Made by a program: the position numbers and the translations under genes. A stretch of DNA of 64,000 nt from an uncultured virus (IMG/VR IMGVR_UViG_3300030103_005599) (Duplodnaviria; Heunggongvirae; Uroviricota; Caudoviricetes). The DNA lies in the IMG/VR virus record IMGVR_UViG_3300030103_005599. The stretch is one strand, 5' to 3'. This document shows, in pieces, positions 9,446 through 19,305 of this stretch (positions are counted from its first letter, which is position 1; each line of letters starts with the position of its first letter). The notes under the pieces are model-generated. The model was not told the origin of the DNA, ran no database searches, and worked only from the letters and a program-made list of their open reading frames with translations.

Positions 9446-11068
9446 TTATTTGACTCCTATCACGCACTCTGTAAGTGCTGTTTCTTGTGAATATTTATGC
9501 TTGATAACTCGGCCCAGCACGTTAAAAGCGGTACAGTCACCCAGATCAGCCACTTTGGCCTCTCCATTACCTGCACTCACAATGCGATCACCTGGATTTG
9601 CCGTACCTTTGATTTTCACCAAAACACGCCCTTTGAGTGCTATCATTGGGTGTGTGACATCATCACCCGCTTCTGCATTCATTAAGAATGCCGGGGATTT
9701 GGATACAACACCAAACACCGCGGTGCTCATTTCGTCGTTGCATTTTGTTATTTCCTGCGATCCACCAAGCACAACAACATCACCAACTTCCAGGGCAACA
9801 TCCGTTGCATACCTTTCCGCCAAGTCAGCGTACTGTGCCGATGTCGATGTCGCATGTACAACATTTGCTCGAATGTCCACCAGTGTGGGTGCTTCTAGTT
9901 CTGTGTCTGTCTCTGAAGCCTTAAATGCTGTCCAGGCTCCTCCCGCATTTCCATGTATTGTAGTTCCGTCATCTGCAAACGTTTCGTCCCATACCCAGTA
10001 CAAATTTTGTTCAGTTGCTGTTGATACAGAGCCTCTGTTGACTTTCAGTCCTGTGTGGTTTGGCATTCCAGAATTGGATGATACATTTCTGTTTAATTCT
10101 ATGATGTTGTCCTCTACCGTAAGTGTAGATGTATTGGAAGTTACTGTATCTCCATCGATAGTCAAGTTTCCATGAATTCTTACATCTCCTGAATCACCAT
10201 GCATAGTGATTACAGACTTGGTACTGCCTCCATCATTTACTGTGAATGCAATATCACCGTTTTCTGTAACATTGGCAATGGTGAAGTTATCACCAGACAT
10301 TGTCATCTGTATGTCTGATCCAGCACCAATTCTAAGTCCGTTGTCATTAAGAATCTCTAAATGTCCTGTGGTACTGTCGTTTTGATCAGACCTTAAGAAA
10401 TTTGCTACTGCAATGCCTCCAAGTGCATCTGAGTCTGTTGCAGTGCCTCTAAATTTATTGTTTGAAACTGATGTTGAAAGTTGCAGTCCTTGTGCAACTG
10501 AAGAGAATCCAGCGGCAGTCAGTGCCACTGCATTTGTTTCAGATCCACTAGGCGTAAATGCTAGGTTTGAGATTATTCCTACTACTGTGTCATTTGTGAC
10601 TAATTTTAAAATACTTCTGTTTACACCTGTGTTGTCTTGAACAACTTCTGTGACAACCTGTGTAACTCCAGAACCTGTAACCGTTGTTGGACCTATAAGT
10701 GTGAATGCCGTTCCATCATACACATACATTTGGCTGTTTGCAGTATCGAACCATAGGTCACCTAATACAGCGTTTGTGGGAGATGTAGCAGAATTGGTTG
10801 TAGATCCTACCGGTTTGAATTTATCTCCTGTGTAAACATTCAGTTGTTTGTTGGTTTTATCAAACCATAACTGGCCTTGTTGCTTGTTTGCAGGTGCTGT
10901 TGTGTTGTTGAAATTCTCTAATAATTTTACGAAGTTTTCATTCAGTCTTTCTCCGAACCCTGCATAGCCTTTTCCGATTAGTGTAATATCGGTTTTGGCC
11001 GTGTCAATGGTGCCGTCAGCAAGTGTTACCAGAAGGGTGCCGAATGTGTTGTTTATTTTATACGCCAT
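9446..11068 (-). CDS. Tail fibre/baseplate-associated protein with C-terminal intramolecular chaperone (peptidase G2-like)
   Basis: N-terminal IGKGYAGFGE..ENF..LLENF...GQLWFD; C-terminal AQYADLAERY...GDVV...GVVS...IALKGRVLVK. Confidence 0.7.
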   Translation of the reverse strand: MAYKINNTFGTLLVTLADGTIDTAKTDITLIGKGYAGFGERLNENFVKLLENFNNTTAPANKQQGQLWFDKTNKQLNVYTGDKFKPVGSTTNSATSPTNAVLGDLWFDTANSQMYVYDGTAFTLIGPTTVTGSGVTQVVTEVVQDNTGVNRSILKLVTNDTVVGIISNLAFTPSGSETNAVALTAAGFSSVAQGLQLSTSVSNNKFRGTATDSDALGGIAVANFLRSDQNDSTTGHLEILNDNGLRIGAGSDIQMTMSGDNFTIANVTENGDIAFTVNDGGSTKSVITMHGDSGDVRIHGNLTIDGDTVTSNTSTLTVEDNIIELNRNVSSNSGMPNHTGLKVNRGSVSTATEQNLYWVWDETFADDGTTIHGNAGGAWTAFKASETDTELEAPTLVDIRANVVHATSTSAQYADLAERYATDVALEVGDVVVLGGSQEITKCNDEMSTAVFGVVSKSPAFLMNAEAGDDVTHPMIALKGRVLVKIKGTANPGDRIVSAGNGEAKVADLGDCTAFNVLGRVIKHKYSQETALTECVIGVK

Positions 11069-11078
11069 TATACCATAT

Positions 11079-11963
11079 TTATGCTTCGATTAAAGGCTTT
11101 GTGTACCGGCTAAACGGAGTGTAATATCCTTCTAATCTGTTATTGTATGTGGCATCTGCCTTCATAAGGTGCAGTGTAAGTCCTGTCTTGTATTTTGCGC
11201 CATGTTCCCTGAAATCAGTGGGTGCATGTAAGACACTTGCATCATGTACAATAGCATTTTTTGGCTTCCATTCAAATATATTTTCAATTGATAGTCCTTC
11301 GTATATTGACATGGGAATATGTTTGGGCATAATTTTTCCTAGTATTTCCATGTCCCTTGTATTAGACTCTACGTTTTCTACCCCATAGTCTTTGTAGTCC
11401 TGGTGCCTAATTACATTTGCATAATTGGCAAAACTTCCTATGTCTCTGCCTTTCATGAAGTGTGTGGCCCTGCCTCTGTATCTCTGGTTGAAAGTGACGT
11501 ATTGAGTGCTAACAATTTTATCTAACTCGATCGGGATGATGATGTCTTTGTATGGCCTGTATCCATTTATGTGTGTCACTGAGTCAGTGTGTAAACCATA
11601 CGGCCTTACACTCTTAAAAAATTGGTCCCCAACACTCATTGGATCATCAACTGCCACATCGCTATAAAATATCACATCGTCGCCAAAGTGCTCATAGATC
11701 TTTGGACGCACAATATCGTCAATGTCTTTTATAGCCATTGGATAAGTGATATGCAAAACGTGATCGTTAATGTTTAATCCTATCCTATCAAAATTATCAT
11801 TAAAGAACTTTGCAAGGAAATCACATTCGTCATCATTGATAAAGTTTGGCAAAATATAACTTTTATCATTTTGGTCTTGAAATAGGCTAGTAGCAGGATC
11901 ATGTATCACGTCCATTGCTTTTAATTCGTCCTGCGTGAACGGCCTATCTGTTTTGAATTTCAT
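11079..11963 (-). CDS. Putative Fe(II)/2OG-dependent oxygenase
   Basis: GLHTDS (HxD) with distal LHAP. Confidence 0.5.
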   Translation of the reverse strand: MKFKTDRPFTQDELKAMDVIHDPATSLFQDQNDKSYILPNFINDDECDFLAKFFNDNFDRIGLNINDHVLHITYPMAIKDIDDIVRPKIYEHFGDDVIFYSDVAVDDPMSVGDQFFKSVRPYGLHTDSVTHINGYRPYKDIIIPIELDKIVSTQYVTFNQRYRGRATHFMKGRDIGSFANYANVIRHQDYKDYGVENVESNTRDMEILGKIMPKHIPMSIYEGLSIENIFEWKPKNAIVHDASVLHAPTDFREHGAKYKTGLTLHLMKADATYNNRLEGYYTPFSRYTKPLIEA

Positions 11964-12426
11964 TTGGAATCCTCTCTACAATTTCATGCCATGGATGCCT
12001 TATGCAAAATTTAAGCATCAGTCTGTCGTAATTGACAGGCTCAACCCAATGCTTTAGTTTTCCATTCTCTAACAGCACACACTCGTATGGCACTTGTTGA
12101 TCCTCTACAACCATCACCGGTTGCTTGTCGAACAGGTTTATCTGTATGCTTGTCATGTCGTCCTCATCGACATGTGGTGGCACGTTGTTGTTGGCGAACA
12201 GGTATGCAAATCTTGGATACGTGTTCATTCCCCATATACCCAAATGCTCCTCTACTTCTTTGGTCAAGTGCCTTAGGTCAGATCCGTCTGGCAAATAAAC
12301 TTTCCACCAAGATAGTTTTGGTTCAAACTTTTTCCATTGATACCATTCCCCACGCTGATGTATATCAAAAAATATTTTCCTGTATTTCTCTTTATCAATT
12401 TTATAATTAAGATGGATCAAATTCAT
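11944..12426 (-). CDS. Putative Fe(II)/2OG oxygenase (cupin fold)
   Basis: PPHVD...KHWV...RLML. Confidence 0.6.
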   Translation of the reverse strand: MNLIHLNYKIDKEKYRKIFFDIHQRGEWYQWKKFEPKLSWWKVYLPDGSDLRHLTKEVEEHLGIWGMNTYPRFAYLFANNNVPPHVDEDDMTSIQINLFDKQPVMVVEDQQVPYECVLLENGKLKHWVEPVNYDRLMLKFCIRHPWHEIVERIPNEIQNR

Positions 12427-12889
12427 ATGCTGTGTTTCCCTTGAAAAATTTCAAGCATTTAAAAAATTCTATGCAATCGTCGATGTCTTCCTCAAATGAT
12501 ATGTTAAGGTTTATGCGTTTTTCATCATTATTGAATACTGCATGTTTCGATTGCGTGTTAAGAAACATCGGTCTGTCAGTCTGTCCTTGTTCGAAACTAC
12601 AAGGTGCGTAATTTTCGCTCAACGGATATATCAAGGCTGTGTTTCTTTTGCCGCCGTCTGTATGCCAGTCTTGGATAGCCTGCGGACGTATCATCAGTAG
12701 ATAACAGTTTCTGCCATGGAAAGTCATGTTAAGGTCGTAGAAATTCAACACACTAGGTTTGCCGGTCCTGGTAGATTTGTGAACTGTCCAATCATCGTCC
12801 TTGAGGCTTAGGCCTATCTGCAAAAGTCTACTTTTTGTGTCGCTGTCAAGAAATTCTGGCAGTTCGTAATGACTTAGATCACTAGGCAT
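12407..12889 (-). CDS. Putative Fe(II)/2OG oxygenase (cupin fold)
   Basis: WHTD...KHAVFN..RINL. Confidence 0.6.
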   Translation of the reverse strand: MPSDLSHYELPEFLDSDTKSRLLQIGLSLKDDDWTVHKSTRTGKPSVLNFYDLNMTFHGRNCYLLMIRPQAIQDWHTDGGKRNTALIYPLSENYAPCSFEQGQTDRPMFLNTQSKHAVFNNDEKRINLNISFEEDIDDCIEFFKCLKFFKGNTAYEFDPS

Positions 12890-13485
12890 CTTTGCATTCC
12901 TCTCACGTCATTCTGTGGAAAACTTGTAGCCATCCACTTTCCTTTTAATTTATCAGCCAACCATTCGTCGTCATAAAACGTCCATAACCACTTGTCTGTT
13001 TTAAGATAGAAAACATCATGATTTGATATTTGATCCCACATTGTAGGCTCGAGGTGTCTGAACCAACATATGCTTTCATATGAAAATTTGTCCTTGTTAG
13101 AAAAATATGACAGATAGACCTCTCCACACTTCTCCTTTAATTTTTCTAATATATCTTTGGTTTCCTCGAATGTATGGTGTGTGAATACAGAAAACGCAAC
13201 ACACACATCATAATGATTTTTCAATTCAAGTTCCGCATCACCTTTAGGATTGTACATGTAATTGTATCCATTATAGTATTCAAACTTATAGTGTGGGAAG
13301 TCAAATTTATTTTTGTTAATTTTGTGTTCCTTGATGTCGATTCCTGTATAATTTCCATGCGGCTTGTATCGCACAAAATTAGCGTGGTTGCACCCAAAGT
13401 CCAACACAGTCTTTCCTTCGAACTGTGTGAACTGTTCAAAGTATGCCCTTACGTCATACTCAAGATAGGTTTTCAAACCCGACAT
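12874..13485 (-). CDS. Class I SAM-dependent methyltransferase
   Basis: VLDFGCN, YTGIDI, YDVCVAFSVFTH; exact start uncertain. Confidence 0.8.
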   Translation of the reverse strand: MSGLKTYLEYDVRAYFEQFTQFEGKTVLDFGCNHANFVRYKPHGNYTGIDIKEHKINKNKFDFPHYKFEYYNGYNYMYNPKGDAELELKNHYDVCVAFSVFTHHTFEETKDILEKLKEKCGEVYLSYFSNKDKFSYESICWFRHLEPTMWDQISNHDVFYLKTDKWLWTFYDDEWLADKLKGKWMATSFPQNDVRGMQRCLVI

Positions 13486-13981
13486 CGTGGACCCCCATGT
13501 GAAAAACAATTCTTTCTTTTAACGGAGATCTTACCCCGTGTGGTTTCTTGGTGTTAAGCACAACCATCGAATCATATAAAATACTTGCACTGTCTGTTCC
13601 GTCGTCAAAATACAATTCGCCGGTGTTTTCCGTAATCGGAATAACGAAAGAACACTTGCTTTTGTTGTCAACGTGTATTGGCAGTTCGCCACCTTCCAGC
13701 ACTCGGAAAAAATTACATCTAAATTCTTTAGGTCTGAAACCAAATTCATTCCATATGCTTTTGATTAATCTAAGTAATTTCCGGTCAAAATTGTGTATCT
13801 CTTGCACATAAAATTTATTCATTTCTTTGCCGCCTGTGGCTTCATCAACATACTCAGAATATAATTTGTTGCTGTCTTCCCATTTGCCGTTGAAGTAATC
13901 ACTCCAAAAATCCACAGGAACCTTGTAATCGGTTTCGATAAAGAAATCCTTATGCCATTTCTTTTTAATATGCTTTGTCAT
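13460..13981 (-). CDS. Putative Fe(II)/2OG oxygenase
   Basis: LPIHVD...PHGV...RIVF. Confidence 0.6.
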   Translation of the reverse strand: MTKHIKKKWHKDFFIETDYKVPVDFWSDYFNGKWEDSNKLYSEYVDEATGGKEMNKFYVQEIHNFDRKLLRLIKSIWNEFGFRPKEFRCNFFRVLEGGELPIHVDNKSKCSFVIPITENTGELYFDDGTDSASILYDSMVVLNTKKPHGVRSPLKERIVFHMGVHDVGFENLS

Positions 13982-14792
13982 AATCTAATGCTATCCGGTG
14001 TAATAGCCTCTCCTTCATGCCATCAAACTGCCATCTTTTGTGAATGCTTAACCATTGCTCAGATATCACAAGATCCTTATCTCGCCAGTCATGATGATAG
14101 ATATACTTTTCTTTTGTGCAGTGTCCTTTCAAAAATGTGTGCAATTCATTCCATTGCTGTTTTGTTGCTCCTTCCACTATATCATACACTTGTTGGAATG
14201 GAAAGTAAAGTCCTTTTTTGCCTTCTATGTTAGTATGCACAAGATTAATTGGATTTTCATAATTTATTTTTTCTTTAGCAACTGCCATGTCGCTGAATGA
14301 GCCAACCTTGTAACCACTTGCATACTTGATGCCTTCCAGTTCCTTTTGCATGTTCACTGACAGGTCATTGAATGCCATTGCTTGATTTATCCAACTAGTG
14401 CGTGATCCAGCACTGCCTTTCACGGAATAAAGCCAAACAAACGGGAACCTTTTCTTTGCATTGGCATGATGGGTGTGCCAGTCAAGTTCTTCGTCATGTC
14501 CAAAAAGTCCTTTTTCGCCTTTGCTATTCAGTTCTCCTGTGACCCTTATCACGCCTGGCTCTAACAATATACGTTCACGCTCGGCGTCATCTCGGCCATG
14601 ATCCATTTTTACAGTGCCGATGCTTGATGCAATACGCATTTGATCTTTTACAGTAAGATCTTGATTCCTAAAAATAACAACAAAATGCCTGTTGCAAAGT
14701 TTGGCTACTTCGTGCAATTGGTCTGTTGATAACGTTTTGATATCTTCGTCAATTGTGAGTGTCCACCCATTACTGTCTACTGATGATCTCAT
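13965..14792 (-). CDS. TauD/TfdA-family dioxygenase
   Basis: VVIFRNQDL, WHTH, TSW.N...AFNDL, YHHDW..DLVI...HKR...RLLHR. Confidence 0.8.
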   Translation of the reverse strand: MRSSVDSNGWTLTIDEDIKTLSTDQLHEVAKLCNRHFVVIFRNQDLTVKDQMRIASSIGTVKMDHGRDDAERERILLEPGVIRVTGELNSKGEKGLFGHDEELDWHTHHANAKKRFPFVWLYSVKGSAGSRTSWINQAMAFNDLSVNMQKELEGIKYASGYKVGSFSDMAVAKEKINYENPINLVHTNIEGKKGLYFPFQQVYDIVEGATKQQWNELHTFLKGHCTKEKYIYHHDWRDKDLVISEQWLSIHKRWQFDGMKERLLHRIALDYDKAY

Positions 14793-15594
14793 CTAAATCC
14801 TGTTGTCCTTGTAATGATATTATTATGTGCGATCGTGTTGTCGGTCCTTTGTTCCAAGCACTGTGCCTCATGCCCTGGTTTAAAAACCAGCAACTGCCAG
14901 GTTCCATTGTCTGATAAACTTTTTCTCCCGACTTGTCAACACAATAAAATCCGCACTTGTCATTTGTTGTAATTGGTATGTGGAAACGCACAGAATAGTC
15001 TGTGTTGTAATCAATATGTTCTGCAACGTAGGCGCCAGGATCCATGATTGCTATTCTGGCCCTTGTTGTTTCTGCTTTGAAAGATGTTATTACTTCTTCA
15101 AGGTAAGTTCCTTTTACCCAGTCCTTGATTTTGTTATAATGACGCTCGTCTAGTCTACTCTTTGGTATTTTCTTCTCATATACCCTTTTCTCTTCCTCCG
15201 GATTGTATTGTGTAAGTGCTATCTGTTTGTATGGCGATCCGTTTACTTCATACTTGCCATTATCATCTTTCTGAATGTAGTTCTCAAATGGTTTGACATA
15301 GTTTCTGTAGTCCCACGCCATCCTTTTATTGCCCAACCCTTCACGTAATTCAGATTCAGCAACATCGTTGTCCTGCAAGAACTTGTATGCGTCCTCAATA
15401 GAATCAAATTTCAATCCAAATGCTTTCTGCAATTTTGGTGATTTGCCTCCTACTTTCACTCCATATCCGTATTTTGTTTTCAGGTCATCCTCGGCCACAG
15501 GCATGTCCTGTACAACCTTGATCATTTTATCTACGTCAAAAGTTTGATCAAGTTTTACAAACGGTGGCAATTCGTATCTAGTTTTTAATTTCAT
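14770..15594 (-). CDS. Aspartyl/asparaginyl beta-hydroxylase-like oxygenase
   Basis: RARIAIMDPG..VAEHID..RFHIPITTN...HSAWN..RSHII; start set at MKLKT (15594). Confidence 0.7.
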   Translation of the reverse strand: MKLKTRYELPPFVKLDQTFDVDKMIKVVQDMPVAEDDLKTKYGYGVKVGGKSPKLQKAFGLKFDSIEDAYKFLQDNDVAESELREGLGNKRMAWDYRNYVKPFENYIQKDDNGKYEVNGSPYKQIALTQYNPEEEKRVYEKKIPKSRLDERHYNKIKDWVKGTYLEEVITSFKAETTRARIAIMDPGAYVAEHIDYNTDYSVRFHIPITTNDKCGFYCVDKSGEKVYQTMEPGSCWFLNQGMRHSAWNKGPTTRSHIIISLQGQQDLDEIISRQ

Positions 15595-16126
15595 AAGTTC
15601 CTTTGTGTTGCCAACATGAATCGTGTTTTGGATCACACACTGCTACCTTACCATCGTGCAATTTCCACTGTGTGTTTGTTTTTTGTCCTAATTCAATAAA
15701 AAGTCTTTTCATAAATCCTGGGTTACGACATCTACTGATGAACACTTTTTTGTAGCCTGCATCCTTGGCAAACTTCAACTGATGCTCAACAGTCGCAATC
15801 AAGTGTGGTCGTGCAATGATTCTGCCGTTCATTCTCAATTTTGGATGTTCCCAATACCTATTTAATATCCTTGCTTCTCCAGGTTCATAATATTCCGGCC
15901 TATGCCACACAGAACTGAATCCTAAAATTTCATCATCTTTCATCAACACTGTCACGCAGTCAAAAGCAAACCAATCTATGCCTTCATAATTGTTGGCAAT
16001 TTCTTCATTGGCAAAATCTATACCTTTGAGACGTTTCAGCAAATCAGTCCTATCCTCAGGTGCAAAAGTCAGTACATCACATTCGCTGTTTTTGTTTGCA
16101 AAATTTTTATCTCCAACTGTGAACAT
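15578..16126 (-). CDS. Putative GNAT-fold acyltransferase
   Basis: ILGFSSV...ARILNRYW..P.LR...AKDAGYKKVFISR; start set at 16126. Confidence 0.45.
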   Translation of the reverse strand: MFTVGDKNFANKNSECDVLTFAPEDRTDLLKRLKGIDFANEEIANNYEGIDWFAFDCVTVLMKDDEILGFSSVWHRPEYYEPGEARILNRYWEHPKLRMNGRIIARPHLIATVEHQLKFAKDAGYKKVFISRCRNPGFMKRLFIELGQKTNTQWKLHDGKVAVCDPKHDSCWQHKGTYEIKN

Positions 16127-16691
16127 TGTTCCAAAACTCCTGTTTCTTTTTCCCATGCACTAATAAATGCACTCTTTCTTGATCCGAATTGTTTTCAACG
16201 TAATGCTCATAATGTATATTCAATACAAGCGGCATGCCAGGCACATAATCGACCTGCTTGTTATTCAGCACAAACTTATTCCCTTTAGGATAACTTAAAC
16301 AAATATTAAGCGGTTCCAACCAATTGCGTTCTGGAACGTCTATGTGCTTTGCAATATAACCATTTGGTTTGATCACAAGAAACCTTATGTCATCAATCCT
16401 TGCGTACGGCAGACCTTTTACCCATTCTATTGTGCGAGGACAACGTTCGCCGACATCTGTTATTCCAGGCCTTTGCTTTCTTCTATCGTATTCCCAATGA
16501 CTGTTTGTTTTGTCAGAATCGAAACCATACAAAGTTACAGCACACCAATCTTTATGCCCGTCTTCGGGCCTGTGAACTACTAATTGATCTTTGATTAGTT
16601 CGTATTCTGTAAGAATTTGCTTTACAGGGACTTCGAAATCCATCTGCACATACTCTACACTGCTGTTTCTATCAAATTTTTGAGTACTCAT
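16107..16691 (-). CDS. Aspartyl/asparaginyl beta-hydroxylase-like oxygenase
   Basis: W.AVTLYG, CPRT..W, IRFLVIKPNGYIAKHID, HYVEN...RVHLLVH. Confidence 0.7.
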   Translation of the reverse strand: MSTQKFDRNSSVEYVQMDFEVPVKQILTEYELIKDQLVVHRPEDGHKDWCAVTLYGFDSDKTNSHWEYDRRKQRPGITDVGERCPRTIEWVKGLPYARIDDIRFLVIKPNGYIAKHIDVPERNWLEPLNICLSYPKGNKFVLNNKQVDYVPGMPLVLNIHYEHYVENNSDQERVHLLVHGKKKQEFWNNVHSWR

Positions 16692-17235
16692 GATGATCCT
16701 TATGGTTTCCCTCAAACGGTGCAACTAAATTAATCAGTAAATTGTTTGCTGGGCCTTTGGCATCATGTCCGTAAAAGTTCAGTATACCAAAACCCACATA
16801 TGAAAGAATGAATAACATTAGGTTAATTATAACTGCATTTACGCCAAAAAGCAATGGTGTTATGATCCAGTGAGCGGCTAAAATAAATTTGCCATACTTG
16901 TGGAAAAACATCACTCTTGGATTTCGCATTAGATCTATAAGATACTTTCTTGGTATTTGTTTTACCTTCCATAAACTAAAAAGTATCACGTACCAAGGAT
17001 GGTTTTTTGGACTGTGTGGATCCTTATCAGTGTCGGCGTGTGCGTGATGAATCCTATGCACACCTGCCCATGTCAAAGCACTCCTTCCACCACATAACAA
17101 TCCGAAATATAATAGAATTATTTCAACTAATGAATTTGCCTTGTAATCGCTGTGTGAGAAATACCTATGATATCCATAGGTAATACCTATAGCGGCTATC
17201 ACCCAATATGTCATATATCCATACAATACTATCAT
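16672..17235 (-). CDS. Membrane fatty acid desaturase (delta-9-like), compact
   Basis: Three His boxes HRYFSH, HRIHH, H.DHH plus DTDKDPHSP and hydrophobic segments. Confidence 0.85.
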   Translation of the reverse strand: MIVLYGYMTYWVIAAIGITYGYHRYFSHSDYKANSLVEIILLYFGLLCGGRSALTWAGVHRIHHAHADTDKDPHSPKNHPWYVILFSLWKVKQIPRKYLIDLMRNPRVMFFHKYGKFILAAHWIITPLLFGVNAVIINLMLFILSYVGFGILNFYGHDAKGPANNLLINLVAPFEGNHKDHHEYSKI

Positions 17236-17942
17236 ACAAAGTTCCTATAATCCTCCCAGTCATGCGGTTTGTTTGTTGCATGAGTAAAGTGCACCATTTT
17301 GATGTCTGGATGAAATTCTCCACCCAAATATACGTAATCATTTCCGGTCACTTTGTGGTACAACTGACTAACCTTGACTTTCCACTTATTTAAATCAAAA
17401 TTCTTCACTCCTATGTCTTCTTTTGCACACCATCTTGCAACCCAACTTTCTGGGACAGTGATCAGTTCAAGTTCCTCGTTCACATTGTCCTCCACAAAGT
17501 ATTGTTCGCCGTTGACCGGCCCCCTCGCTATGCCTCTTTTGATGTAATAATTCTGCCAGAAGTCCGGATCCTGCATGAACTTGTCGTAAATGTATCGACA
17601 GTCTTTTGGATAGTATTTGAAGAAGCCTCCGTTGATTTTGTATCTCTTGTTTTCGGTGTCTCTCCACCAACCTGGTATCGAAACAAACTGTCCTTTTTTG
17701 ATTGGATATTCAAAAAGTTCTTTGTAGTTGTTGATCAACAATACATCTATGTCCATTACACATATTGGCTCATCTATGTCGAGTCCCATTCCATACATTT
17801 TATTCCATTGTAACAGCACACCCTCCTTGATCGGCTTACGCACCCATACAAATTCATACTCCGGCAGTTTTTCTTCCAAATATTTCTCGTACTCGGGACC
17901 GTACCTGTCACCTATTCTCACTGCTATAATCTTCATTGCCAT
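17232..17942 (-). CDS. Putative glycosyltransferase-like protein
   Basis: G.RYGPEY, WNKM, MDIDV (DxD), INGGFF, GEQ, VHFT. Confidence 0.55.
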   Translation of the reverse strand: MAMKIIAVRIGDRYGPEYEKYLEEKLPEYEFVWVRKPIKEGVLLQWNKMYGMGLDIDEPICVMDIDVLLINNYKELFEYPIKKGQFVSIPGWWRDTENKRYKINGGFFKYYPKDCRYIYDKFMQDPDFWQNYYIKRGIARGPVNGEQYFVEDNVNEELELITVPESWVARWCAKEDIGVKNFDLNKWKVKVSQLYHKVTGNDYVYLGGEFHPDIKMVHFTHATNKPHDWEDYRNFV

Positions 17943-18652
17943 TTTATAACCTCGTCTATTGTAGGTTTTTTAAGTTTAGTTTTGTAATGCCTCTTGGTTT
18001 TGTCTTCGTACCCGATTCCCAACAGGAACGCAGGTTTTCCCCTTGCCATTATATCTGTGTGTATTGCCTGGTTGTAAAAATAACATTTGGTGTAAGATAC
18101 GTCCAGGCCTTTTTCTATTGCCAACATTGTGATTACCATTGCATTCATACCCGATTGCTGGTTAAATTCATCGGTGCTTACACTTGTGACACTACGGAAT
18201 ACTTTTTTTGCTCTGCCACTTGTGAAATACTTGTCCTGTGTTTGTGACTCCCTAATCTTTATTGGTGAAGGATAGTAGGCCAGAAGATAAGGTGCAGTAA
18301 CCTGCTCATTGAAGTGCCATTTATCTTTCATGACATAATCTTTTGATTGGTCACCATTGTGGTAATCTATCCAATCATTGTAAGCCTGCTTTAATTTTCT
18401 CCAATCCTCGTCCTTAAGATTATCTTGCCTGTAGTATTTCAGATGTTCATTGCAGACAGTCGAAAGTGCCAACATCTTTTTTTGCTCCGCATGTTCTGGA
18501 CCGTACACTGCTAATTCATAATGCCAAAAATTATTCTTGTGTGGCGTTAGTTGCTGTGCTTTTTCCAATATATCTTTTATTACTTGCTTCTCTGGGACCT
18601 TCTTGCTGAAGAATGTAATGTTGGTTCTTTTCTTTAATGTGTCTTCGATCAT
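17933..18652 (-). CDS. Nitroreductase-like flavoprotein
   Basis: KRTNITFFS.K.P...ILE.A...P, TAPYLL, GLDVSY, LLGIGY. Confidence 0.7.
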   Translation of the reverse strand: MIEDTLKKRTNITFFSKKVPEKQVIKDILEKAQQLTPHKNNFWHYELAVYGPEHAEQKKMLALSTVCNEHLKYYRQDNLKDEDWRKLKQAYNDWIDYHNGDQSKDYVMKDKWHFNEQVTAPYLLAYYPSPIKIRESQTQDKYFTSGRAKKVFRSVTSVSTDEFNQQSGMNAMVITMLAIEKGLDVSYTKCYFYNQAIHTDIMARGKPAFLLGIGYEDKTKRHYKTKLKKPTIDEVIKWQ

Positions 18653-19305
18653 ATCTTGGTTCCTATTATCATAAATCTTTTGTATTTGCCAAAATCTTTT
18701 TCATAAAACTTCATGTTTCGCAGTTTGGATACATATTGATTAGCAAAATCCTCGACACTGTCTACACAATTTACGTGTTGGCTAATTTCCTTGTAATTGT
18801 TACTCTGTAGAACAACCAAAGTGTGTTCTTCCATTTTATCCATGGTGTTATAAATTGTGTCTTGCTTTAGATGTTCACAGGATGTGCAGATTACAACAGG
18901 ATAATTCAAAGATTCAATCTTTTCTATATCTTGTTCAATAAATTTCACATACGACAATCGACCTTGTTTCAAATTTTCAGCGTGTAGTTGATGCCATATT
19001 GTTTTTGCAACTGTTTTTGCTTCTGGATCATAATCCATACAGTCTATGTTGTTAATTTTTTTTAGTTTGAAGTTCTCTATCAACCTATATGCAAGTAGGC
19101 CATACCAACTTGCAAGTATACAAATATCAATTTTTTTGTCTAAAGTTTTATATCTATAATGATGTGGGTATTCATTCAGTTTTTCTACAAGCCAATCCTT
19201 ACTGGCAAATTGGTTCTCACTAAGACTGTCCATAGCATCAACAATTCTGTCAGGGCACTTGGACAAAAGTCTTTTGAAAGTCTGTAATGTATCTCTATCA
19301 AACAT
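18649..19305 (-). CDS. SAM-dependent methyltransferase-like protein
   Basis: SKDWL, ILASWYG, MDYDP, VVICTSCEH, LQSNNY, RFMIIG. Confidence 0.65.
   Translation of the reverse strand: MFDRDTLQTFKRLLSKCPDRIVDAMDSLSENQFASKDWLVEKLNEYPHHYRYKTLDKKIDICILASWYGLLAYRLIENFKLKKINNIDCMDYDPEAKTVAKTIWHQLHAENLKQGRLSYVKFIEQDIEKIESLNYPVVICTSCEHLKQDTIYNTMDKMEEHTLVVLQSNNYKEISQHVNCVDSVEDFANQYVSKLRNMKFYEKDFGKYKRFMIIGTKI

Noticed and set aside
8477..10175. Long plus-strand ORFs (250 and 251 aa) opposite the fibre genes; similar ones at 21387-22235, 60978-61556 and 63392-63940
   Set aside because: Antisense shadows of biased-codon structural genes, with no motifs or RBS
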